A DNA stretch of 64,000 nucleotides from a virus. Position numbers and translations under genes: made by a program. The notes beneath the pieces were generated by a model. The model did no database searches. It saw only the letters and a program-made list of their open reading frames with translations, and was not told the origin of the DNA. Below, piece after piece: positions 43,881 through 55,934 of this stretch (position 1 is its first letter; each line of letters begins with the position of its first letter). Location: IMG/VR virus record IMGVR_UViG_3300025536_000182. One strand, given 5' to 3'.

Positions 43881-44506
43881 TGCCTTTCCTCAAAATATCA
43901 GAAGCCAGGGATGCAATGAAGGGAAGCTTTGTTGGAACCATCAGGTCAGCAGGAGATCTAAAGTCTGGAACCAAAGACGGAAGAGACTGGACAAAAAAAG
44001 TATTCATCATCGAGGATGACAGTACGGCAGTCGATATGGTAGCTTGGGGAGATGACATCTCAAAGTTCAAGGTTGGAAACAGATACGAGATTGTAAATCC
44101 GTTATGGAAGGAATACAACGGTGACATCACCGTAAACATCAGCAGGTACTGCCAAGTCAAGCTGATAGGAACTTCTGGAACCCAGTCAACGATGGAAGCC
44201 TCAACACAGTCTGCTCCAACTCAGACAAACACAACACAGTCAACTGTCCCACCATCTGACGAATATCTACAGAATAGACAAAAAGAGATTCTTGAAAAAG
44301 AGGCTGCAAGAAACAAACAGATTGAAGAAAAGACAAAGTCTGTATTCACAGCAGAACAGCTTGTAGACATCGACAGCGAGCTTGACAAGCTGATTGTCCT
44401 GGAATCAATAGTGACAAAGAAACTAACAGGTGAAACATTACCAAATCCAGCAAAAGTCGGAATGTTGATGAAGTTTCTTTATGACAAATTAGGGGCAAAA
44501 CAATGA
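43880..44506 (+). CDS. ssb: SSB/RPA-like protein (copy)
   Basis: Identical copy at +42,575. Confidence 0.85.
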   Translation: MPFLKISEARDAMKGSFVGTIRSAGDLKSGTKDGRDWTKKVFIIEDDSTAVDMVAWGDDISKFKVGNRYEIVNPLWKEYNGDITVNISRYCQVKLIGTSGTQSTMEASTQSAPTQTNTTQSTVPPSDEYLQNRQKEILEKEAARNKQIEEKTKSVFTAEQLVDIDSELDKLIVLESIVTKKLTGETLPNPAKVGMLMKFLYDKLGAKQ

Positions 44507-44952
44507 CTGATTGCGCGTCATGTGGAAACAGATTGGAAACTCTTGGTGGTAGAATGAAACCTTTCTGTGCAGTAGAAGAATGTACAAACTATGATAAAAA
44601 ATCCACAAGACAAGCTGAAAGATTATTGGGACCAAAGAATCAAACCCAATAACTTTCTTTTTTATTTTTTCTTCTTTATTGTAATTCAATCATAAAGATA
44701 CCAATGCAGTACATCGCACAACAAAAGACACTGACTGGCGTAATCTTTCATTATGCAAATGAAGATCACGTCGTAGAATCACTATTCTACACCAATGATG
44801 AATTGGACACAATGGCTAACGTTTCTCCCGAATTCGGGGAAGCTGTTGAATATACCTCAAAAGGTATGAAAAAACCATTAGACTCATAATGTAGAATAAC
44901 ATCTATTTTTTTTCAAATAGTTCTCTAGAATCATTACATCTAAAATCAATCA

Positions 44953-45237
44953 ATGGAAGTTTCAATCATCTATCTACCTGATAACAAAGTGATAGGACAT
45001 GAGACTCCTGGGGATTCTGTTTTGTATGTTGCTAAGATTCCAATCTCGAAAGAAAATCCTGAAGGACTAATAGGAAAATATCATCTGAAATGTTACAACT
45101 GCGGATTCATTTGTCATTTGGGAAATCATACAATACAAATCATAAATGAAAAAGTAACTCTAGATCCATCAGTATTATGTCCAATTGAAAAATGTAAAGC
45201 TCACTATTGGATAAAAGACGGAGTGGTTATACTATGA
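44953..45237 (+). CDS. DUF6527-like paralogue 1 (copy)
   Basis: Identical copy at +42,575. Confidence 0.65.
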   Translation: MEVSIIYLPDNKVIGHETPGDSVLYVAKIPISKENPEGLIGKYHLKCYNCGFICHLGNHTIQIINEKVTLDPSVLCPIEKCKAHYWIKDGVVIL

Positions 45238-45584
45238 AAGGACTGCTAATCTTTGAAAAAAATCATGACTTGCAAGTACTGACATTTGTATGTGACGTAT
45301 GCAAGAAAGAGCATTCAATCTTTGTACATGAGGGAGAGCCTTTTGTAAAAACATTCTATGACAACTCTGAAAAACCGTACAACGTAAATGTCTGGGGCTA
45401 CAAGAGAGGGGATAATTCAATCATCATAGACCAATTTCTAGTAATAGACATGGTATTTCATCCAAGCTTTAACAACTCACAGCATTGCGGATATCACTCA
45501 AGTGCAAACTGGAAAGTCGAAATCAAGACAATCAACGCAGATGAGATTGTAACTGATGAAATGAATCATTGGTTACATAACTAA
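45234..45584 (+). CDS. DUF6527-like paralogue 2 (copy)
   Basis: Identical copy at +42,575. Confidence 0.5.
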   Translation: MKGLLIFEKNHDLQVLTFVCDVCKKEHSIFVHEGEPFVKTFYDNSEKPYNVNVWGYKRGDNSIIIDQFLVIDMVFHPSFNNSQHCGYHSSANWKVEIKTINADEIVTDEMNHWLHN

Positions 45585-45585
45585 A

Positions 45586-45855
45586 ATGAAACAAAATACA
45601 ATAACTGCAAAGTTTTCAAAATTTATTCCAGAAGTATTAGAGAATGGAATCCTGTACGTATCACTTGAATATCATACTGCAACTCACAAATGCTGCTGCG
45701 GATGCGGAGAGAAGATAGTAACTCCATTGAATAATGATTGGTGGAAACTACAGATGAATGGAGAATTAGTGTCATTGAGTCCATCAATTGGAAGCTTTAG
45801 TCTGGCTTGTAAATCACATTATTACATTAAAGAAAATAAGATTCAATGGTTGTGA
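45586..45855 (+). CDS. DUF6527 paralogue 3 (copy)
   Basis: Identical copy at +42,575. Confidence 0.8.
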   Translation: MKQNTITAKFSKFIPEVLENGILYVSLEYHTATHKCCCGCGEKIVTPLNNDWWKLQMNGELVSLSPSIGSFSLACKSHYYIKENKIQWL

Positions 45856-47429
45856 TGATTGATGGATGAGAAACCTAGAAAAATATTTTTGCTGATCTTT
45901 CTGATGAACAAGCTAATTATGGAAGGTCTTGAAAATCCAGAATCTGACGTAGGAAAACTAATGAGGTTATCATAGATGTCAAAAATAATCAAGATGTACT
46001 GTCCTGTATGTCATGAGATATGCGGATTCACTGACGAGGAATTATGTGTCAAGACATATGTGACATTACACGAAGAATGCTTTAAGAAAATAAATCCAAA
46101 CCAATCTTAGAAATGTGCAACTCACTTTCATGTCCTCTTTACTTTGTAAGATCAAACTCTGATAGATCATGGAAGCCTTTGATTTTGGATTCTTGCATGA
46201 CAAAAAGAATAGAGATGCTAAGGAACCAGGGAATAGAGACACATGGATGTTGTTGTGGTCATGGAAAAACACTGCCCTCAATAATCTAACTGTGTTCAAA
46301 CGAACAAACATAATCCTAAGAATCATCTGTTATCTTTTTGCACTGTGGCAATATCTGAAACAGAGCAATATGTTATTCTAAACGCAATAGGATTCCTAGG
46401 ACTACACGAGCAGAAGATCAGGACATTTCTTAACGAGTACAAGAACAATCCCTCACAGCAGCTTGAGGATGACATCAAGACACAGATCAGGCTGATGAGA
46501 AGGCTGCTAAACACATTGTTCACAAGAAATACAATTACTGCAGAAGTCAGGGGCTATACAGACCAGGAACTAGTAAACATGAGAATCAAGCAAGAATAAC
46601 TTCTGTAATATCATTTTCACTCTATACAATCTGGAAGATGCGGTAGGGAGGAAGAGCATCAAGAACCATCAGGACAAGCGAGAGAGATATCTTTAACTTG
46701 ACTGATACTAGTCGAAGCCAGATGAAGCACTGACTCGGGGTTGGATGAGAGCATAGAAACCTGCGTACGAAAAGGGGATGCTCTTGTACACATCAGAATC
46801 CCGCTGAGGCCATAGACTCCCATAAAGATCAAATATGACATTAACAAAAATCAAGGATGAACAAATGGACACTCATTGGTGCATTTGTAGTTGGTGCAAC
46901 AGCCATGTTTGTCATAGGGATGTACATTGCAGAATACTCTTCTGACCCAGCATTTGCCATATGCGACCAGCTTGACAAATACCCACTGACTTCATCAGAA
47001 AGAAAAGTTCTACATGAGAAGATACTGCAGGACTATGGCGTAAGATGTCCATAAATTCAAGCGAATGATTCCACAAAGATCAAATATTATGAATATGATT
47101 ACCAATTATGAATGGATTAAAGTGTAGTATCTGTAACGAACCATTAACCATTAACAGTTTTGTTGTAGCAAGAAAGGACGGCAATCATATCTCAGGTCTT
47201 GTACATGCAAGCTGCTCAGTAAGAGAGGAAATAATGAATCCTAACAATCAAGCAGATTTACTTTGCAGTTTTAATGTTGAGAATAGATAACAGATCATCA
47301 TAAATTCTAGTATCATAATCACAAATCATGGGGTAGGAGTTGATTTGTACGGTTCTCTGAACTTTTCATTTCTAGGCACTCTTACCCCTTTACAATACTT
47401 CACTAATTCAATCTCACAGTTAATCCGGT

Positions 47430-47504
47430 AACGTGGTGGTGTATGGCAGACAACATATCGGGCTCATATCCCGAAGTGCCTAGGTGCGATTCCTAGACAC
47501 GTTA
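47430..47504 (+). tRNA. tRNA-Met(CAT), initiator-like (copy)
   Basis: Identical copy of 4855..4929. Confidence 0.8.
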
Positions 47505-47568
47505 TTACAAATTACTTCGTTTATGATATTTTATCGCACTAATTGCATGTGTTTATTCCTAAATCAGT

Positions 47569-48174
47569 GTGATATTTTCCGCATTTTTGGAGCTGGTGAA
47601 TTTGGTAAAGAAGCAAGGTAACACAGCAGACAACAAGGAAAAAAGACTTCAAGAGCTAGAAAAGATTCTAGATAAATTTGACAAAGAAGAAAAGAAACCA
47701 TCCCCATCTGAGATACTGTCAGAGCTTGCAAAGAAAGGATTCAAGATTTCAAAAAGAACATTGTATGATGACTATACAGACCTTGCAATCAGTGATCCAT
47801 TTGTCCAAGATCTAGCTAACAAGTCATATTCAAAAATAATTCATGATTGCTTTGATTCAATAGAATTTGCAGAAAGAGAAGCAAGGGCAATACTAAAAAA
47901 GAAATGGACCAGGTCAAAGGCAACAAAAAAACAAGTCTTTGTAGATGGTGCCAAACAGACAGTGGCAGAACAGACAATAACAGAAGAGATTGCAGAACCA
48001 CATCTAAGAGCCATTGCAGAAATCAGGGAATGCTCAGAGACCAAGATCAAACTATTGGGCGGAGACATCATCAAGGCATCCGCAAAGAAATGGTCCATAC
48101 AGAGAATCAAGGATCAGCAAACCATCAATGACCTTAATGCCAAATTACAGGAGCTGAAGTTAAAATCCAAATAG
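47569..48174 (+). CDS. terS: Terminase small subunit (copy)
   Basis: Identical copy at +42,575. Confidence 0.65.
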   Translation: MIFSAFLELVNLVKKQGNTADNKEKRLQELEKILDKFDKEEKKPSPSEILSELAKKGFKISKRTLYDDYTDLAISDPFVQDLANKSYSKIIHDCFDSIEFAEREARAILKKKWTRSKATKKQVFVDGAKQTVAEQTITEEIAEPHLRAIAEIRECSETKIKLLGGDIIKASAKKWSIQRIKDQQTINDLNAKLQELKLKSK

Positions 48175-48356
48175 TAAAAATCGGGGATGACTACATTCCA
48201 GTTGGAAAAGGAAACGATGTTTTTAATGAAGCTGATTCGCTGATTGACGGTTATTCTCCAAGTGAGATAGTTCTTCCTCCAAAGGACATACTGTATGATT
48301 ATGAGAAATTCTTCACCTGGGCAGGTGGCGTACTTCATCCAAGGTTAAGAGATGAA

Positions 48357-49241
48357 TTGGGAAGACCAATGAGAATTCTAAAACCATTCTGGTATCAGAC
48401 AAAGTTTGCAGAGATGAAAAGAGGTGTACTGCTTGGATCAAACAAACTAGCAAAGACAAAGGGAGAATTAATCAGAGACATTCAAACTAGACTCTGGCCT
48501 GAACATGCAGGGTTTGACATGCTGCTAGTCGGACAGAACCAGACCATGGCAGACGAGCATTTATTGAATGCAAAAAAATGGATGCTTGCAAGTCCTACAC
48601 TGAAACCGTTTCTGATTGTAAGGCCTGAAAACAGATTCAGACTCAGGGAAGAAAAATCAAAGATGAAGATGCTGTATGTTGAGAATCCGTACGAGCCAGA
48701 GAATCCGTCAAGAATAATATCAATCGGATTTGCAGAGTCTCTAGCTTACTCTTGGGAAAAAATAGACAGACTGCATGTCTCAGATCCAGGACAGAATTCA
48801 AGAAAGAACCAAATATCATTTTTCTCCGGATTGTTTTCCAGACTTTCAAACACAGAAGGTGACATCAAGTTTGAGGGAGTAGCTAGCAAGAGATCAGGCT
48901 ATTGGTGGGACCTATGCAGAAAATTATTTCCAGAACACATCAGTGACGAATACGAGGATGTTGAGGACCTGCTAGATCCTGACAGAGGACGAGTTTTGGA
49001 GATGGAAGAATTTCAGACAATGGCAACCAGTTTTGACAAATTGTTTCTAACAGCTGACGACGGACTGAAGGTAGGAATCATAACAAAAGACTGGCTTGAC
49101 TATGCAAAGGGAATCATGCCATATGAAGAATATCTGAGGATATACTACTGCAAGTTTACAAAACAGGAGGGAGCAATTTTTGATTCTATAAAGATAGGAG
49201 GACATGAATCACTTGGAGCTGAGGACATTCTAAATGACTGA
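48357..49241 (+). CDS. terL: TerL ATPase domain (copy)
   Basis: Identical copy at +42,575. Confidence 0.75.
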   Translation: MGRPMRILKPFWYQTKFAEMKRGVLLGSNKLAKTKGELIRDIQTRLWPEHAGFDMLLVGQNQTMADEHLLNAKKWMLASPTLKPFLIVRPENRFRLREEKSKMKMLYVENPYEPENPSRIISIGFAESLAYSWEKIDRLHVSDPGQNSRKNQISFFSGLFSRLSNTEGDIKFEGVASKRSGYWWDLCRKLFPEHISDEYEDVEDLLDPDRGRVLEMEEFQTMATSFDKLFLTADDGLKVGIITKDWLDYAKGIMPYEEYLRIYYCKFTKQEGAIFDSIKIGGHESLGAEDILND

Positions 49242-49685
49242 TACAAAAAAAATTGCATTGTCTTTGTATTTACATGACCCAAAGAATCGTAGTGATTTTG
49301 AATGGGGTCTTAAAATAATCAATAACTATCTTGCATCATTGAACCCAAGCTTGACACCTAAACAGAAATTGGAATTACTGAAATGAGATCTGATTCTTGG
49401 GACAAAAAAGAAAAGGAACCGTTTAACGGATTCATGAAACCTGACAAGGTAGAACACGAACACATCTTTGATGGAATGACTGGAAAGTGCATCTACTGTT
49501 TCAAGACAAGAGAGGATCTGAGAAAAGAATGGTAATGTCAGTAATCACAAAAGCAAAAAAAGAAGTAATGGAAAAATGGCAATCATCTGAAAAATACCCT
49601 TGGCAGAAATCAATCAAGGAATTGGACCTGTACATTGAAAGAAAAATAACTCAGGGATACTGCATATGCAATCAGAGGTGTTCAA

Positions 49686-50378
49686 TTGGTTAGCGTATCA
49701 ATCCATGACCCAGGAGGATGGGCTGACTCTTTTTGCAACGTGATGGCAGAAGTAAACACACATGAGATTCAGCTTACAGATGCAATATTTTGGAACAAGA
49801 TAAAATTTCCAAACCTCACTACAAGAAAAATAAAAGATGACATTGCAAAGCTGAACAGACACTTTCGTTTTGACTATCATCTCTGCGAGACAAACAATCA
49901 GGGCAACATGATAATATCTGATTTGAGATCAGAGTACAAGATTCCTGTAATTGGAATCACGACATCGGGAGCTTTGAAGACTGCAAAGGCGCTGAGAAAA
50001 GGCTCATCACTTGACAAGGACAAGACAGTCCCTTGGGTTATGAAGTTCATAGAGGATGGAATAATCAAGCTTCCAAGAACACTGACACCAGGACTCAAAG
50101 AGGGAATGGAGCAGATAAAAAACTATGGAGTCTCAAAGTCTGGAAAATATGAGGCACTGTCTGGCCATGATGACTTTATCAGCTGTCTTGTAATTTTAGT
50201 ACACTGGGCAAAAAGAAAGATGATAAAATCAATCGCATCAAAGACGATTGGCGTGGGAAGTGGAGACCCATATGCTGCACTGTCAAACACACCGTATGAT
50301 ATTGCACTCAATGCCATGAAGAAAAGATTTGACAGTATAGGAATGCAGCCAGATAACATCGATGTGTCGTTTCCTTAG
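49686..50378 (+). CDS. terL: TerL nuclease domain (copy)
   Basis: Identical copy at +42,575. Confidence 0.85.
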   Translation: MVSVSIHDPGGWADSFCNVMAEVNTHEIQLTDAIFWNKIKFPNLTTRKIKDDIAKLNRHFRFDYHLCETNNQGNMIISDLRSEYKIPVIGITTSGALKTAKALRKGSSLDKDKTVPWVMKFIEDGIIKLPRTLTPGLKEGMEQIKNYGVSKSGKYEALSGHDDFISCLVILVHWAKRKMIKSIASKTIGVGSGDPYAALSNTPYDIALNAMKKRFDSIGMQPDNIDVSFP

Positions 50379-50494
50379 TTCTCTTTTTGCATTCTTCTGA
50401 TAAAACATCAATTGGTTAATCAGAACATGTGTCCTTATTGCTTTGAGGTTTTACAAAATGATTCCTGCATCGAATGCGGATTCAGGAGAACAAA

Positions 50495-51964
50495 ATGAGT
50501 GCCGTCAGAAGAACAGCAAAGGGAAAGACTGTCGGAATTGGAATGCCAAATGACATAGAGCAGATAATAAAATCAGAGCTTGCAAAAATAATAATTCCAA
50601 CACAGCTAAAGGACCTAAAGGAATATCACTTTAGAAGCCTAAAGACATCCGTAAAAAACTGGCGCAAAGTGCCAACAAGATTTGTAACAATATTTGGTGC
50701 AGCAGGACCTGAGGACATCCCAGAGACAAAGCTAAAGGTAATCACAGATCATTATTCATCCACGACAAGAAAGGCACTGAATGACGCAATACTTGAAGAT
50801 CCTCTCTTGTCACCGTCAACTGACAGGAGATTCGATTCAATATTTGAGGACGGGTTTCATCTTGAATATGTCGATGCAATTGCATACGACCCGATAAACA
50901 AAAGGCATCTTACAAAGGAGGAATCAATTGCAAGGTTCGAAATGTCAAAGACAAAGTTTGACGAATTTCTTCAGCAGCTTGAAACATGGAAAGACAACAT
51001 ACATCTCATTGACAACATGAGGGATTCTGCAGCTGTGTCTTTTGCACAGGGCAATGCAGCATCGCTTATTTCTCCTGGATTGCATGAGCTTACAAACGGA
51101 CAGCTTCCTTTCTCAGTTGAGATAATTCACTACTCTGATCTTGGTGACGTCATTGTTGACATCGGACTTACAAAACAGATAGTTGCAGTAAAGACAAAGT
51201 TTGAGGACAAAAAGATTTGCAGAAAAGACGAGATTGTCTACATTACAAGAAACAAGAGGGGATACAGAAAGGAGGGCAAGTTCTTTGGAACATCTCCACT
51301 TGAGCCGGTGCTTGTAATCTCAAAGTCAATCAAGAGAATATACAACTATGACATTCCAGAAGCTGTAATTGCAGCATACATCACAAAGATACTTTTCAGA
51401 TTCTTTGACGGGGTTGATGAGACAGAGGCAGCAACGTTTATCAGAAATTTCCTGACAACTGGAAAGCTTGCATTTGGAATGACAAACGTTGAGGGAATCG
51501 ACGTGGTCCAGCCAAAGGTCGATACTGTAATGATTGACACTTTGGAGAAAAAGCTTGCAGACGTACTGCTGTCAGTTGTCGGTGTTCCAAAATCAATGCT
51601 CAACAGGGAGCACAATCTTAACCGCGACATTGCAACAATAGAGGCAATCCAGTTCATCAAGTTTGTAAGAAAACCAGACGAGCAGCTAATCGCAGACGAA
51701 TACGAAACTCAATTGCTCAACGTCTTGCTTTCAATGCATTTCGGAGTTCCACTAAACCAGCTTCCAAAGAGAATCAAGATTGTAAGAAACATGCCAGACA
51801 AAGACCTCGATACTGTGTTTGAAGCTCAGACGAATCTGCAAAGCCAAAAGACCGAAGAGGTAAACTCTGGCAACGTTGCAACAAATCCTCTTGCAATGTT
51901 TGGCGCAGCTGGTGAAACATACAGGGTAAAAAAAGTCGGTGACGAATACATTGTCACAAACTGA
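50495..51964 (+). CDS. Portal protein (copy)
   Basis: Identical copy at +42,575. Confidence 0.8.
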   Translation: MSAVRRTAKGKTVGIGMPNDIEQIIKSELAKIIIPTQLKDLKEYHFRSLKTSVKNWRKVPTRFVTIFGAAGPEDIPETKLKVITDHYSSTTRKALNDAILEDPLLSPSTDRRFDSIFEDGFHLEYVDAIAYDPINKRHLTKEESIARFEMSKTKFDEFLQQLETWKDNIHLIDNMRDSAAVSFAQGNAASLISPGLHELTNGQLPFSVEIIHYSDLGDVIVDIGLTKQIVAVKTKFEDKKICRKDEIVYITRNKRGYRKEGKFFGTSPLEPVLVISKSIKRIYNYDIPEAVIAAYITKILFRFFDGVDETEAATFIRNFLTTGKLAFGMTNVEGIDVVQPKVDTVMIDTLEKKLADVLLSVVGVPKSMLNREHNLNRDIATIEAIQFIKFVRKPDEQLIADEYETQLLNVLLSMHFGVPLNQLPKRIKIVRNMPDKDLDTVFEAQTNLQSQKTEEVNSGNVATNPLAMFGAAGETYRVKKVGDEYIVTN

Positions 51965-52757
51965 GATTGTCAACATAGTCAAAGTTGTAAAAGCAGCAAA
52001 GTCTGGAAAGCTTGAATCAAAAAAGACAGTAGACCACATGAGGTCCAGGACAACTCAGAAAACTATGCAGCTTGTAAAAACCGCAGAAAGAGAACTAATG
52101 CATATAGGAGCTGAGATAGCAACTCTCTTGGACAAAGATCCTGACATTGATGTTGAAAACAAAGTAAAACCAGAATTCAGGTCCAGGGTAGGATCAATCA
52201 TAGCAAATACAGTAAGAGAGTCTTATCTTCTCGGACTGCATTTTGTTGAGAATTTTGAAAAGCAGACCATCAAGTTCACAGAAGATCAAACTCATAAAAT
52301 GAACATGCAGATAGATGAGGAGATACAAAGATTTTGGAACAACGTAAAATCAATCCAGGACAAACAGCTAAAGAAAAAATACGAAACTGAGACCAACATT
52401 TTTGGAGCTTCGTTCGGGTTTGATCTTGCAGCAGCTTTTAGCACATTTGCAAAAAACCTGACAGTCTCAATGTCCTTTCTAGCTTTGGGAGATTCAACAG
52501 TACTCTCTAAGAACCAAGCTTACCAGCAGCAGATCAGAGTCGGAAATGTCGGAATCACTGCAACTGCTATACTCGAAGCTCCAAAAATGATATGGGTATC
52601 AGAAAGAGACGGACGGGTATGTCCAGAATGCAAGAATTTGGACGGACTTGTTTTTTCAATAGACGACCCGTCTCTTCCAAGGCCTGTACGAAGCACGCAT
52701 TTTGGATGCAGATGTCGATTATTGCCAATTGATGGTGGCAGGGTTTTCAACGCCTGA
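51939..52757 (+). CDS. gpF-like minor head protein (copy)
   Basis: Identical copy at +42,575. Confidence 0.9.
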   Translation: MTNTLSQTEIVNIVKVVKAAKSGKLESKKTVDHMRSRTTQKTMQLVKTAERELMHIGAEIATLLDKDPDIDVENKVKPEFRSRVGSIIANTVRESYLLGLHFVENFEKQTIKFTEDQTHKMNMQIDEEIQRFWNNVKSIQDKQLKKKYETETNIFGASFGFDLAAAFSTFAKNLTVSMSFLALGDSTVLSKNQAYQQQIRVGNVGITATAILEAPKMIWVSERDGRVCPECKNLDGLVFSIDDPSLPRPVRSTHFGCRCRLLPIDGGRVFNA

Positions 52758-52827
52758 TTCTTGAAAAATAAAAAACGGTTATTTCTACCAAATTGATTCT
52801 CAATAATTTTCAAACCAGATTCATATC

Positions 52828-54096
52828 ATGATTGAAGACAAGCCTCACACTTTGGATCCAAAGGAAATTTCACAATTAATCAAGGAAGGAGTTGAACTTG
52901 ACAACTCTGGAAATCACATGTACATAATGCGTTTTGGATGGAACAACGAATGGAATCAGGCAGCTGATCCTGCACCATTCAAAATCAAACCGCATCTTAA
53001 CGAGAAGCTAAGAAAAGACGCACTTGGAATGCCATATGTTGTTCCGCCATATGGAATGCAAAAACATCTCAGAAAGAAAAAAGATGCAAAGGAACCAATG
53101 ACAATCCAAGAGCAGCTTGAAGCCATACTTAACGTCCAGTCAAACTATGCAATTGGTGAAATCCAAGGATCACTTCAGTATCCGTCTGGAAATGTATGGA
53201 TGATTATCGACGTATGGCCAGAGTTTCAAGCTGGTGTGGAAAGGGGATATTATCCTGAATTATGTTCTCCTACTTTTAATTTTATAAAAAATACTCCTGA
53301 CGGTGTCGAGGATGCGCAGTTTCTAAATCTGCAAGCTGTTCCGAATTCCGGTTATGATCCTGAATATACGCAGATACAGCCTATCTGCAAAAACGGAATA
53401 AAGGAATGCATGGCAGAGATGGTTGCATATGGAGCTTCTGGCGGTCTTCTAAAAGCAAGAAAAGAAGGTAAATCTTTCTCTAATAGAATTATCGGGGCAT
53501 CAGGAGTTATGAGCGAAGAACAAGGGTCTGAAAAAACTGCCGAAAGCAGAATATCAGATCTAGAATCCGGTATGGCGGAAATCTCAAAGCGTGTGTCAAG
53601 CATGGAACCAAAGCTTGATGCAATAGCTGAAAAGATTCTGAAAGAAAATCCGGCAGCTGATCCACCTGCTGATGCAGCAATTAGCGGTGCAGCTGGTAAA
53701 ACACAACTAGAACTTTTGAAAAAAGAGTTAGATCAACTCAAAGAAAATGATGCTACAAACACAAAACTTGTAAAACAATTCGAAAAAGAAAAACAAGAGA
53801 CTGAGAAAAAACTCAGATTAGCACAAGCAACATCAATTGTTGAACGAGTACACAAAAACGACAAGCTTGACGAAAAAGCAAAGATTGCAAAAATCAACGA
53901 GTATGTCGAGATGAAGGATGCAGCTGGAAATCCTAGAGATTTGGAACTTTTGGACAATACTCTGAAATCTGTAATTCCAGAACCAACAGAATCATCTGGA
54001 ATCTCCGGAGCATATGGTTTGTTCAGACCAGAATCAACAACTGAAACAACAAACAGACCAAAGAATTCTGAAATCATGGAGGCGATAAGAAGTTGA
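52828..54096 (+). CDS. Protease-scaffold fusion (copy)
   Basis: Identical copy at +42,575. Confidence 0.75.
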   Translation: MIEDKPHTLDPKEISQLIKEGVELDNSGNHMYIMRFGWNNEWNQAADPAPFKIKPHLNEKLRKDALGMPYVVPPYGMQKHLRKKKDAKEPMTIQEQLEAILNVQSNYAIGEIQGSLQYPSGNVWMIIDVWPEFQAGVERGYYPELCSPTFNFIKNTPDGVEDAQFLNLQAVPNSGYDPEYTQIQPICKNGIKECMAEMVAYGASGGLLKARKEGKSFSNRIIGASGVMSEEQGSEKTAESRISDLESGMAEISKRVSSMEPKLDAIAEKILKENPAADPPADAAISGAAGKTQLELLKKELDQLKENDATNTKLVKQFEKEKQETEKKLRLAQATSIVERVHKNDKLDEKAKIAKINEYVEMKDAAGNPRDLELLDNTLKSVIPEPTESSGISGAYGLFRPESTTETTNRPKNSEIMEAIRS

Positions 54097-54680
54097 GCTC
54101 ATTAGGTTCAGTTCTTAACAAATCTGCATCACTCGTAAGAGTGACAGCAATTGTCAAAATAGGGCAATCGTTGACACCAGGACTTGTCTACAGAAATGCA
54201 GCAAGAGACTGGAGAAATGCTCCAACCGATGGAAGCAAGCTTGCAAAAGATCTATACTGGAACGAGGAAACAGTTGCAGTAAACACCAAAGAAGTCAAGA
54301 TCACTGTCTATGACTTGGAAGGCTTGATGGTCATTGGAAAATCCGATGGCATAATTCCAGTAGGTGGAGAAGTAAAAGCATCCACCACATCTGCACATGG
54401 TGGTCAGTTAATCACCAACCCAGAGCCAACATCTGCATTTACAGCAGCTGACGGTTCGACTGTTGACGGAACTTATGGTGCTGAAGAAGCATTGGTAGTT
54501 GCAAACAACGTCACCAGAATTGCAGAACTTGTAACAAGGGAAGCAGCAATAAGAACCTGGGTGAAACACACAGTAGGTCATTACCTTGGACACGAGACAG
54601 CACTCCGTGAAAATGGTGAATTGATTGACTCTGTTGATGAAGATGAGGACTGCGTCTTCGTATTGAGGAGGGGCAAGTAA
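54093..54680 (+). CDS. Head decoration protein (copy)
   Basis: Identical copy at +42,575. Confidence 0.5.
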   Translation: MSSLGSVLNKSASLVRVTAIVKIGQSLTPGLVYRNAARDWRNAPTDGSKLAKDLYWNEETVAVNTKEVKITVYDLEGLMVIGKSDGIIPVGGEVKASTTSAHGGQLITNPEPTSAFTAADGSTVDGTYGAEEALVVANNVTRIAELVTREAAIRTWVKHTVGHYLGHETALRENGELIDSVDEDEDCVFVLRRGK

Positions 54681-54682
54681 TC

Positions 54683-55882
54683 ATGAACGGAATATCAAAA
54701 CAACAATCCATTCAAGCAGAAGTTCTTGAAGCGCGACTTGCACAAAACGGTTCAATGCAAAAGTCAGCATTGACTGTACTTGGAAACAAGATTTACTTGG
54801 GAGATGGTCGAGAACATGGTCTTTCCAAAAAAGACATCATGATTCATCTTGATCCTTGGAACCAAGCTCAAATCTACGGTGCATCTGGTGAGACAGACAA
54901 AATGGACGGACTCAAAATGTTTGGCGACAAATATTATGAGATGTATGGAGACTTCAAAAAAATAGACGACATCATACAGCAATATCCGTACATAACAGCA
55001 AACGACATTGTGGTAAGTGGTGCAGCTGGTGAGGCCGCAATCACAAACTATGAGACAATTCGTCAGTCTGGAAAACTCGCAGCAGACATCTCAGGACTGC
55101 AAAGAATCCTAGAGGATCTAACTGCAGTGAACATCGCAAAGAAAGAAACAACTGACAGATTCAAACATGAATACATCAGAAAGACATCCGCAGTACTAAC
55201 TGCTGACAAAGAACTGGCAGATGACCAGCTACCTGGTGACATCAGACCTGCCTTTGCAGTAGGAGAGTATGAGATCTTTGCAGATGGAACATCATACAAG
55301 ACCAACCTTAGAGATAAGGAGTTGAAGATTGATGTTGCAGCAGAAATTGCAAAAGAGATACCTGGAATGTTTGCACAGACACAAGAGGACAAAGTAATTG
55401 CATTGGTAAACGCCATTACTGGTAACAACCAGGGCGATTGGGATGCAAGAACATCTGGAATCTTTGATGTCAGAGCAGCATCACAAATCGACACAGCAGT
55501 TGCAGCAGTCAAAGGCTATGGCGGACCTATAGTCTGTCTAATGCCATCTGACACATGGAGACTCTATGAGGACAACGTAGGAGAGGGATACTTGGGACAA
55601 AAACCAGGTAACAAGACAACACAAACTCCTGACTCCAAACACGGAATGCTCAGAGCAAATCCAAATGTAGAGTACTGGCTCAATGATAGCGTAACTACAC
55701 AAACCTACATCATTGCAGCACTGAACTCGTACATGAAGCACATCCAAGGAATGATTATCAAAACATCATTCAAAGATGTTAGAACTGCAGGTCAGACAGA
55801 GACTACATTCGAATTCAATTACAACGGTGTATTTGAAGACGAAACAAGTGCGCAATACAAAGGAACATCTGTAGGAGCATAA
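54683..55882 (+). CDS. Major capsid protein (copy)
   Basis: Identical copy at +42,575. Confidence 0.8.
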   Translation: MNGISKQQSIQAEVLEARLAQNGSMQKSALTVLGNKIYLGDGREHGLSKKDIMIHLDPWNQAQIYGASGETDKMDGLKMFGDKYYEMYGDFKKIDDIIQQYPYITANDIVVSGAAGEAAITNYETIRQSGKLAADISGLQRILEDLTAVNIAKKETTDRFKHEYIRKTSAVLTADKELADDQLPGDIRPAFAVGEYEIFADGTSYKTNLRDKELKIDVAAEIAKEIPGMFAQTQEDKVIALVNAITGNNQGDWDARTSGIFDVRAASQIDTAVAAVKGYGGPIVCLMPSDTWRLYEDNVGEGYLGQKPGNKTTQTPDSKHGMLRANPNVEYWLNDSVTTQTYIIAALNSYMKHIQGMIIKTSFKDVRTAGQTETTFEFNYNGVFEDETSAQYKGTSVGA

Positions 55883-55934
55883 ATCCAAGAGAATTTTTTT
55901 CCTTCTCTTTTCCTTTTACTTTTGAATTTACCTA